Below are positions 19,684 through 27,424 of a DNA stretch of 64,000 nt, piece by piece. Where the stretch lies: contig CBDCDA010000002.1 in assembly GCA_965215335.1 (NCBI GenBank), positions 448,001 to 512,000 of the forward strand, given 5' to 3'. The translations under genes were made by a program, and so were the position numbers. This DNA is from an uncultured Candidatus Entotheonella sp. (GTDB taxonomy: Bacteria; Tectomicrobia; Entotheonellia; Entotheonellales; Entotheonellaceae). Under the pieces are notes generated by a model that saw nothing but the letters and a program-made list of their open reading frames with translations, ran no database searches and was not told the DNA's origin. Numbering within the stretch: the stretch's first letter is position 1; every line of letters starts with the position of its first letter.

Positions 19684-21078
19684 ATGACGCAAGGATACGA
19701 CCCAGATGGCGAACGACTGCCGATCAAGCTGGATTCAACGTCGAACGGCGAGTTCGTGCCGATTCCGCTGACCGCCAGGCAACGGGCGGCGAACCGGCTG
19801 GCGCGGCAGCAGGCGGCGGAGAACGCCAGGCGCGTGGGCATGGGACGCCGGGCGTTTCTGGTATCGGCGTGCGGCGCGGCCAGCACGTTGCTGGCGTTCA
19901 ACGCCGTCAACGCCGCAGCGGGGCAACGGGGCGGCGCCTTCGACCTGACGGCCGAGGCGGCCGCCGACCCGGAGGCGGCGGCCCGGGCGCTGGGCGGCAA
20001 GGAGTTCATCTTCGACGTGCAGGGCCACTTCATCGGCGAGGCGGCGTTGCGCCCGGGCAGCCCGCGCGGGCCGAAGCATTTCATCAAGGACGTGTTTCTC
20101 GACAGCGATACCGACATGATGGTGCTGTCGTTCGTGCCGTCGCGTCGCGACAGCGAGCCGTTGACCATCCGCGAGGCCGACGCGGTGCGGCAGATCGTGG
20201 ACGACCTGGAAGGCTCGCACCGCCTGCTGCTGCACGGGCGCGTCAACCCTAACCAGGCCGGCGACATCGAGGGCATGGACGAATTGGCCGAACGCTGGGG
20301 CGTCTCCGCCTGGAAGACCTACACGCAATGGGGACCCGACGGCCGCGGCTATTTCCTGTCGGACCCCGGCACCGGCATCCCTTTTATCGAGAAGGCGCGC
20401 CGCCTGGGCGTCAAGGTCATCTGCGTCCACAAGGGCATTCCGTTCGGCAGGCGGTCCTACGAGCACAGCCTGTGCGACGACGTGGGGGTGGTGGCCAGGC
20501 ACTTCCCGGACGTCAGCTTCATCATCTACCACTCGGGCTGGGTGCCGGGGCAACCGGAACGCGCCTACCAGCCGGACGCCAGGCGGGAAGGCATCGACTC
20601 GCTGGTACGCTCGCTGCTGGACAACGGCGTGCCACCGAACCGCAACGTCTACGCCGAGCTCGGCAGCACCTGGCGGGGCGTCATGGGGGATCCGGACAGT
20701 GCCGCCCATTGCCTGGGGAAGCTGTTCAAACACGTGGGGGAAAACAACGTCCTGTGGGGAACGGATGCGATCTGGTACGGCTCGCCACAGGACCAGATCC
20801 AGGCCTTTCGCACCTTCCAGATCGCACCGGAATTCCAGGCGCGCTACGGCTATCCGGCGATCACCCCTGAACTGCGCGCCAAGGTCTTCGGCCTCAACGC
20901 CACCAGGCCGTACCGGATCAGCGCCGCCGAAGTGCTGAAACGGGCCAGCCGCGACGCCATCGCCACCCGGCGCCTGGCCTACGCGGAAAGCCCCGACCCG
21001 CACTTCCTGACCTTCGGGCCAAGAACCCGCCGCGAGTTCAACCGGCTCGTGCGCCTGCACGGCGGCTCGCGTGTCTGA
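19684..21078 (+). CDS. Amidohydrolase_2-family metallohydrolase
   Basis: FDVQGH, VHKG, IYHSG and WGTDAIW; internal GRRAFL...AAA Tat-like segment; AAGGAG RBS; starts 13 nt after the upstream stop. Confidence 0.82.
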   Translation: MTQGYDPDGERLPIKLDSTSNGEFVPIPLTARQRAANRLARQQAAENARRVGMGRRAFLVSACGAASTLLAFNAVNAAAGQRGGAFDLTAEAAADPEAAARALGGKEFIFDVQGHFIGEAALRPGSPRGPKHFIKDVFLDSDTDMMVLSFVPSRRDSEPLTIREADAVRQIVDDLEGSHRLLLHGRVNPNQAGDIEGMDELAERWGVSAWKTYTQWGPDGRGYFLSDPGTGIPFIEKARRLGVKVICVHKGIPFGRRSYEHSLCDDVGVVARHFPDVSFIIYHSGWVPGQPERAYQPDARREGIDSLVRSLLDNGVPPNRNVYAELGSTWRGVMGDPDSAAHCLGKLFKHVGENNVLWGTDAIWYGSPQDQIQAFRTFQIAPEFQARYGYPAITPELRAKVFGLNATRPYRISAAEVLKRASRDAIATRRLAYAESPDPHFLTFGPRTRREFNRLVRLHGGSRV

Positions 21079-21128
21079 ACCGGCCTGCCGTCCGGTGGAT
21101 AAGACCCAGCAAGTCGTCTTCAGGCACA

Positions 21129-21163
21129 AGTAGTCCCTCCGGGAGTGTCCCGGAGGGACTACT
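21129..21163. terminator. Perfect 16-bp hairpin between convergent genes (likely bidirectional terminator)
   Basis: agtagtccctccggga-gtg-tcccggagggactact; no U-tract. Confidence 0.7.
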
Positions 21164-21188
21164 CGGAGCCGTCATTTCGACCGGCACT

Positions 21189-21605
21189 CTACACCGGCTC
21201 GAACATCGGCAGCGTCACCGCATCCTCCCCCTGATCCTCCCAGCGCACCCGTACCCGCATGCCGCACGTCACGTCCCGCACCGGGTCTTCCACGCCGACG
21301 ATGTTGGACATCATCCGAAAGCCCTCGTCGAGGTCCACGTAGGCCACCGCGTAGGCGCCCAGGTCGGCGAAGGCCGGGTGGCGGCTCTGCATGATGACGC
21401 TGAAGGTGTACACCGTCCCCTCACCCCTGGAGACGCGCCAGGTGGTCTCGCGCCCGCCGCATTGGGGGCAGTGGCGGCGCGGGTAGAAGATGACGGCGTG
21501 ACACCGGTCGCAGGTCTGGTACGTCAGTTCGTGGCGCCTGGTGGCGTCCCAGAAGGGCTGCGTGTCCGGTTCGGGGAAGCGGGGCTGGGGTCTTGCTGCG
21601 GCCAT
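21189..21605 (-). CDS. Zn-ribbon/OB-fold (DUF35) protein, thiolase partner
   Basis: PFWD, CDRC...YPRRHCPQC, GTVYTFS and VDLDEGFRM. Confidence 0.9.
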   Translation of the reverse strand: MAAARPQPRFPEPDTQPFWDATRRHELTYQTCDRCHAVIFYPRRHCPQCGGRETTWRVSRGEGTVYTFSVIMQSRHPAFADLGAYAVAYVDLDEGFRMMSNIVGVEDPVRDVTCGMRVRVRWEDQGEDAVTLPMFEPV

Positions 21606-21654
21606 GGTGGTTCCCTCCTATCGCTTGGTTCCCTTGTCGCCGTCCATGCGCGGG

Positions 21655-22254
21655 TCAGGCGTTTTCGACGATGTACTGCAACACGCCAAGAATCTTCCCG
21701 AGATTGTCGATGTAGTATTCCTTCAGGTCCAGCGTGACCGTCGTGCCCTCCAGGCGCAGGAATTTCCACGCACTGCCCGTTGTCACGACGCCCCATATGA
21801 CGGCAATCGTGCTGCCCTCCCGTTGGTTGTACAGTGCCGACGCGTACATCTCCGCAATGCACTGGCACAACCCATTTCGCAGGTTATCGTTTTTGGCCTC
21901 GACAACCGTCACGAGGGGTGCACTGAGGATGAACTGACGTGTGGCTTTCGTGAGGATAAAATCGCACACACCGGTGAGGCCCTTGCCGGGATCCACGTCC
22001 AGCGCAACGCCGGAGAACAACCCCACCGTACCCCCCAACAGCCGGCGCAGTTCCAAGAGGACGGGGGCAATGATGAATCCGGATTTTGCCTTTTCCGTGT
22101 TGATGGCCAGGGCGATAGCGGCCCCGTCCGTCAGCGTGGTGACAAAATCCGCCCGTAGCGGCACCACCGGAAGGGGGGAAAACAGGTCGGCTTCGTCGAC
22201 CGCGAGCCCCAAGGTCTGTTGGACCTGGGGGAAAGTAAAGTCGGAGAATGCCAT
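21655..22254 (-). CDS. Conserved hypothetical protein, PD-(D/E)XK nuclease-like fold
   Basis: MAFSDFT, INTEKAKS..IIAPVL, GVCDFIL, VVEAK, QCIAEM, GVVTTGSAWKF; more AT-rich codon usage than its neighbours. Confidence 0.65.
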   Translation of the reverse strand: MAFSDFTFPQVQQTLGLAVDEADLFSPLPVVPLRADFVTTLTDGAAIALAINTEKAKSGFIIAPVLLELRRLLGGTVGLFSGVALDVDPGKGLTGVCDFILTKATRQFILSAPLVTVVEAKNDNLRNGLCQCIAEMYASALYNQREGSTIAVIWGVVTTGSAWKFLRLEGTTVTLDLKEYYIDNLGKILGVLQYIVENA

Positions 22255-22305
22255 CGCTTCACATACCCCGCAGGGACGGCCCGCCGGAACGGTTGACGGT
22301 CAGGA

Positions 22306-23496
22306 TCAGCCGGCAGCCAGGATGGTGACCGCGGTGGCGTGACGGGAACCGAGCTGGCCGCCGTTTCCCACCGCAACGGCCAGCCTGGCGTCGGTCACCT
22401 GCGAGGTGGACTCGCCGCGCAGCTGCCGCGCGGCCTCGATCAGCAGAAAGATGCCGCGCTGTCCGGGATGGTTCGACGACAGCCCGCCGCCATCGGTATT
22501 CAGGGCCGGCTTGCGCGGGTCGTCGAACACCAGATGCCCCTCGCTCACGTACGCCCCGCCCTCGCCCTTGGCGCAGAAGCCCAGGTCTTCAATCAGGCAC
22601 ATGACGGTAACGCTGAACGAATCGTAGGCCATCAGCACGTCGATTTCCGCGGGCGTCACCCCGGCTTCGCCGAATGCCGGCGGGGCGGCCTGCGCCCCGG
22701 CGCTGACGGTGATGTCGCCGCCGTTCTCGCGGTACTTGGTCGCCTCACCGGCGCCGATGATCCACACCGGCTTCTTGCGGGCGTTGCGGGCAACTTCGGG
22801 GGACGCGATCACCACCGCGCCGCCGCCGTCGGAGACCATGCAGCATTCCAGCAAGCGCAGGGGATGGGCGATCAGACGCGATCCCAGCACGTCGCTGACG
22901 GTGATCTCGCGTACCCCGACGAACTGCAGGTCGGTCATCGCCTGCACGGCCTCGGGGTTACGCATGGCGTGGCGCCGCGTGACCACGGAGATGTGGGCAA
23001 ATTGCTCGTCCGTGGTGCCGTACTGGTGCATGTGGCGGTTCTTGACCATGGCGTAATTGCCGATGAGCGTCAGGCCCCACGGGTCTTCCATGTTGTTGAC
23101 GAACGTCGCCGGCCCCACGCTGGTGGCGCCCGCGGTGCCGATGGCGCGGCGGTCCGAGTGGGCGGTGGCGCCGTAGGTCAGCAGGGCCACGTTGCACTTG
23201 CCGGCGGCAATCATGCCGAGGGCGTGATTGGCCTGGAACTCGAAGGAGCTCCCGCCCACGTAAGTGGTGTCGATGAGCCGGGGCTTGAGGCCGAAATACT
23301 CCGAGATGGCCAGCCCGCTGATACCCTGATCGCCGCCGGTGTCGTACACCGCGTCGACGTCCTGCCAGCTCAGCCCGGCGTCTTCGAGGCTGCGGGCGGC
23401 GCACGCCGCTTTGATCTGCAGGGCGCTGGCGCTGCCGTCCACGCGCCAGGGATATTCATGAATTCCGACAATCGCGGCGTCTCTCCGCTGCGCCAT
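22306..23496 (-). CDS. Thiolase-family protein (SCP2/Ltp2-like)
   Basis: VGGSSF, RRHAMRNPEA, ECCMVSDGGGA, YDSFS, NTDGGGLS.NHPG and EAARQLRGE. Confidence 0.9.
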   Translation of the reverse strand: MAQRRDAAIVGIHEYPWRVDGSASALQIKAACAARSLEDAGLSWQDVDAVYDTGGDQGISGLAISEYFGLKPRLIDTTYVGGSSFEFQANHALGMIAAGKCNVALLTYGATAHSDRRAIGTAGATSVGPATFVNNMEDPWGLTLIGNYAMVKNRHMHQYGTTDEQFAHISVVTRRHAMRNPEAVQAMTDLQFVGVREITVSDVLGSRLIAHPLRLLECCMVSDGGGAVVIASPEVARNARKKPVWIIGAGEATKYRENGGDITVSAGAQAAPPAFGEAGVTPAEIDVLMAYDSFSVTVMCLIEDLGFCAKGEGGAYVSEGHLVFDDPRKPALNTDGGGLSSNHPGQRGIFLLIEAARQLRGESTSQVTDARLAVAVGNGGQLGSRHATAVTILAAG

Positions 23497-23681
23497 TGGC
23501 GCCTCCTTTCTGTCCGAATAAGGCATGTTCGCTTGCCAGCCAAAGGAGGGCGCCACCGTAACACGCAGCCCCAGGGCCGTCAACGCGCGGCGTTTGCATT
23601 CGCCACGCCGTTCGTGTAGCTTACTCGCGCTGTTCAGCCTCGCCGATATCGACGATTCGACATCACTTCCAGCGGCAAGCC

Positions 23682-25601
23682 ATGACCGACCTCCTCGTCG
23701 CAACAAAACCCGAGCCGAGCCGCACAATTGCCGCGCCCGCTTCCCCCATGGCCGTGCTGGCGCAGACCCGCAGCTTCAAGGAGCTGGACCGCCCGACCCT
23801 GGAAGTGCTGGTGGCGGCGGCGGATACCTACCGGATCGCCGCCGGACGCGCCCTGTTCCGCGAAGGCGAGCCATTCGGCAACATCGTTTACATCCTGCAC
23901 GACGGCGCCATGCGCCAATACCGGGCGAGCGGCGCCGAGTCCGAGGTACACCAGGGCGATTTCCTGGCCTTGGCCAACTACGTGGACCGCGCTCCCTTCG
24001 GCTCCACCGTGGAAGCCCGCACCGATTGCGTGGTCCTCGGCCTGGCCGCCGAGACGCTGGAGCAGCTGGAGCGCAACTATCCCTCCCTGTTCAACTGCCT
24101 GAACCGCATCATTGCCCACAAACTGCGTGCCCGCAGCCCGGTGCGCGACATCAACCGCGGCGCCCTGGCGCAGCCGGTGCGCAGCATCATGAGCAGGCCG
24201 GTCACCTGCGGCCCTGACGTGCCGCTGCGCGACGCCCTGGCCCTGATACGCAAGCGCGGCATCGGCAGCCTGGTGGTCACCGATGCCGACAACCGCCTGC
24301 TGGGTATCCTCACCCGCGCCAGCCTCGCCGAGGCGGTGCTCCTGCAGGCGGCGCGGGCCGACGACGCGGTAGTGCCGGCGGCCTGCCAGCAGGCCCACAC
24401 CGCAGAGCCGGATACGCCGCTGTGGCAGGTGCAGGAAATGCAGCAGCACTTCGGCACCAAGTACGTCGTTGTTGTGGATCAGGACGCCCCGGTCGGCGTG
24501 GTGGCGCAGAGCGACATCCTGCGGACGCTGATCGCCTCGCCCGGCATGCTGACGCCACACATTGCGCAAACCGGGGACCTGGAGGAACTCGCCGAGCTGA
24601 AGTCGCGCCTCGTCGAGGAGGCCGCCGATATCCGCGAGGCCAATCACTGGGCGCGCGCCGCGGTGCGCTTCCTGAGCGAAACGCATCTGGCCATCCAGCG
24701 CCGCGTCGTCGCCCTCGGCCTCCATTGGATGCGCGACCGGGGACACGGCGAGCCGCCGGCGCCGTTTGCCCTCCTCATCATGGGCTCCGGCGGCCGCAAG
24801 GAAATGCTGCTTGACCCGGACCAGGACAATGGCATCATCCTGGCCGACGTACCACAGGCGCGCGAGCCATCCGCGCAGACGTGGTTCGAGCGCTTCAGCG
24901 ACCACCTGAACGAGGGCTTGGCGCACGTCGGCTACCCGCTGTGCCCCGGCGGCATCATGGCGCGCAATCCCGTGTACCGGCAGACGCTGGCGCAGTGGCG
25001 ACAGCGGGTGACGGCCATCGCCGACAACCCCACCGAGGCGGCGGCGCGCTGGTCCAACATCGTTTTCGACTTCAACACCCTGTACGGCGACGACACCCTC
25101 ACCGCGGCGCTGTGGCGGCACGTGCTGGAGACCACCGCGGCGCATCCCCGGCTGTTCACCCGCATGGCCGCGGACGACGCCCGGGGCCGCCCGGCACTCG
25201 GCTTTTTTCACCAGCTCGTCGCCACCACCTGGGACGCCGACGGGGCGCACATCGACCTGAAGCGCAACGGGTTGCGGTTGATCGCCGACGCGACGCGCAT
25301 CTTCGCCCTGCAGGCGGGCGTGAGGGCCCAGAACACCAGCGACCGGTTGGCGGGTCTTGTGCGCCTGGGAGCGTTCTCCGAGGCGTTCAGCACTTCGGTC
25401 GGCGACGCCTATGAGGCGCTGCTCGACCTCCTGCTGGCGCACCAGATCGAACAGGCGCGGGCGGGCGAGGCGTTCAACACGCTGCTCGCTCCGAAAACCC
25501 TGAGCGAGCAGAATCGCGCCACGCTGCGCCTCGCCATGCGCATGGTGAAGCGCTTGCAGGACCGCCTGCAGGAAGCCTTCGGCGTCGCCTACATCGACTG
25601 A
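23682..25601 (+). CDS. cNMP-binding + CBS-pair + DUF294 nucleotidyltransferase-like protein
   Basis: LFREGE (cNMP), IGSLVV...LGILT (CBS), MGSGGRKEMLLDPDQDNG (NTase), GYPLCPGGIMARNP and IDLKRNGL. Confidence 0.9.
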   Translation: MTDLLVATKPEPSRTIAAPASPMAVLAQTRSFKELDRPTLEVLVAAADTYRIAAGRALFREGEPFGNIVYILHDGAMRQYRASGAESEVHQGDFLALANYVDRAPFGSTVEARTDCVVLGLAAETLEQLERNYPSLFNCLNRIIAHKLRARSPVRDINRGALAQPVRSIMSRPVTCGPDVPLRDALALIRKRGIGSLVVTDADNRLLGILTRASLAEAVLLQAARADDAVVPAACQQAHTAEPDTPLWQVQEMQQHFGTKYVVVVDQDAPVGVVAQSDILRTLIASPGMLTPHIAQTGDLEELAELKSRLVEEAADIREANHWARAAVRFLSETHLAIQRRVVALGLHWMRDRGHGEPPAPFALLIMGSGGRKEMLLDPDQDNGIILADVPQAREPSAQTWFERFSDHLNEGLAHVGYPLCPGGIMARNPVYRQTLAQWRQRVTAIADNPTEAAARWSNIVFDFNTLYGDDTLTAALWRHVLETTAAHPRLFTRMAADDARGRPALGFFHQLVATTWDADGAHIDLKRNGLRLIADATRIFALQAGVRAQNTSDRLAGLVRLGAFSEAFSTSVGDAYEALLDLLLAHQIEQARAGEAFNTLLAPKTLSEQNRATLRLAMRMVKRLQDRLQEAFGVAYID

Positions 25602-25621
25602 GGCACGGGGGAAACGAACGC

Positions 25622-26350
25622 ATGCGAGCCAACGAGCCGGTTGTCATGCTCATGGACAGACTCCGCGCCTGCCTCATGGGGCTGCGAAACGGCGCGCTGT
25701 TGGCCGATCCGCTGTGTTATGCCGTACATGCCCGCGTCCGCGCCCTGAAGCCGAAGACGCTCACCTGCCTGCCGGTCGAGGAGACCCGGTTCGTCGTTCT
25801 CGATACCGAAACCACCGGCTTCAAGGTCTATGGCGGGGACGAAATCGTTTCCATCGCCCTGGTGGAAATGCACGGCCTCGAACCTACGGGACGCGAGTTC
25901 ACCACCCTGGTCAATCCCAGGCGAACTATTCCGTCGGCCTCTACCGCCATCCACAACATCTGCGACGCGGACGTCGCCCACGCCCCGGTCATCGAGGAGG
26001 TGCTGCACGACGTGACGCGGTTCATCGGCGCAAGTGTTCTGGTCGGGCATCACGTGCCGTTCGACCTGCGCTTCCTCAACAAGGCGCTATACCAGACATT
26101 TCGCTGCCGCCTGCGCAATCCCTGGCTCGACACCATGCTGATGTGCGTGGCGCTCAGCGGCCGGCTGGGGCACTACACCCTGGAGGACGTGGCGCGGTTC
26201 TGCGGCGTTGAAATCCGCGACCGCCACACCGCCCGCGGCGACGCCCTGATGACCGCCGCCATGTTCAGGATTCTCGCCGCCAACCTCATCGCCGGCCACC
26301 GCACGGTTTCCACGCTTATCAGACGGCAGACGCAGGCGGGATTGTTCTGA
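25622..26350 (+). CDS. DEDDh 3'-5' exonuclease (Pol III epsilon-like)
   Basis: VVLDTETTG, LVGHHVPFD and RHTARGDA. Confidence 0.9.
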   Translation: MRANEPVVMLMDRLRACLMGLRNGALLADPLCYAVHARVRALKPKTLTCLPVEETRFVVLDTETTGFKVYGGDEIVSIALVEMHGLEPTGREFTTLVNPRRTIPSASTAIHNICDADVAHAPVIEEVLHDVTRFIGASVLVGHHVPFDLRFLNKALYQTFRCRLRNPWLDTMLMCVALSGRLGHYTLEDVARFCGVEIRDRHTARGDALMTAAMFRILAANLIAGHRTVSTLIRRQTQAGLF

Positions 26351-26439
26351 TTCTGACAAATCAAAGGGATGTCGGACGACGCGGCGCTGATCCGACCTGC
26401 ACATCCCCGGTAGCCGGGCAGCCGGCAGTGGAGAAAGCG

Positions 26440-27231
26440 ATGACATCATCTCGGACGACATGGCTTTGGATCGTGCTGTTGGCGTTAGTCGTTGGGTCGG
26501 GCATCCCCGATTCGGCGTTCCCGCAGACCTACGTCAGGGCCGGGGTTATGCTTGACTGGCCGAAAGACATACGATTTCAGGACGAGAATTGTTCCTCTCT
26601 GGGAAGCCTCCATGGCTGCGGCGATGGCAACGACAGCACACAACCAGGCACACCTGGCGACTTTGGAACGGTGAGCGGGCTGGAAATCGGACTCGGCTAT
26701 GCCATCCTTCCCGCCTTGCGGCTCGAAGCCGCCGTGCAGTACCGGCCGGACTTCTCCTTCGAGGGTCACGCCAATTTTATTCAACTGGATGACGTTGCGG
26801 CCAAGCAGGACGTCTCCGCGGAACTGTCCACCGTGTCCGGCATGCTGGCCGCTTACCTGGATATTCCCATCTCTGGATTCGCCCTGCTCCGACATGCGCC
26901 CGTCAACCCATTCATCGGTGTCGGCGGTGGCCTGTCCCTTATCAAGATCAGTGAAACACGCATGAACTTCCCGGCAACCTCGACGATTGTCCCGGGTGAC
27001 AACGAAATGAGTTTCTCATGGATGCTGTCAGCGGGGCTCGCGGTATCCCTGAGAAGATGGACGGTCGATGTCGCCTGGCGCTATACGGATCACGGCACCG
27101 TCGAAACCGGAAAGGGCGGTCGAGTCGTCTGGCACGACGGAAGTCGCGAGCCGTTATCCCTTGTCGAGGGAGGGACGAGGGGCGATCTGCGGAGCCACGG
27201 GTTGACCGCATCCTTGCGCTACGAGTTCTAG
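26440..27231 (+). CDS. Outer-membrane beta-barrel protein (opacity/OmpA-TM-like)
   Basis: Signal peptide, GLEIGLGY, PFIGVGGG, VDVAWRY and terminal LRYEF. Confidence 0.75.
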   Translation: MTSSRTTWLWIVLLALVVGSGIPDSAFPQTYVRAGVMLDWPKDIRFQDENCSSLGSLHGCGDGNDSTQPGTPGDFGTVSGLEIGLGYAILPALRLEAAVQYRPDFSFEGHANFIQLDDVAAKQDVSAELSTVSGMLAAYLDIPISGFALLRHAPVNPFIGVGGGLSLIKISETRMNFPATSTIVPGDNEMSFSWMLSAGLAVSLRRWTVDVAWRYTDHGTVETGKGGRVVWHDGSREPLSLVEGGTRGDLRSHGLTASLRYEF

Positions 27232-27260
27232 GAGGCGGCGTTTCGCTGGCTCAGTGGCGT

Positions 27261-27335
27261 CTGACGGAGGAAACGTTGCCCGCTGTCTGTCCCTGGACAA
27301 CGACGCAGATTCTCGATTCCCGTTTCTGGCCGGAA
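27261..27335 (+). pseudogene. C-terminal remnant of a DUF29-family gene
   Basis: LTEETLPAVCPWTTTQILDSRFWPE matches the characteristic DUF29 tail (P..CPW...Q.LD..F.P). Confidence 0.6.
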
Positions 27336-27424
27336 AACGGGCCTCGTCTTGCTTTTCCCCAGGACGGAGCGGAAACCCTGGAAAGACCCTCTGCATAGCA
27401 CCCATCGCTGAAAGGAATCCCGGC

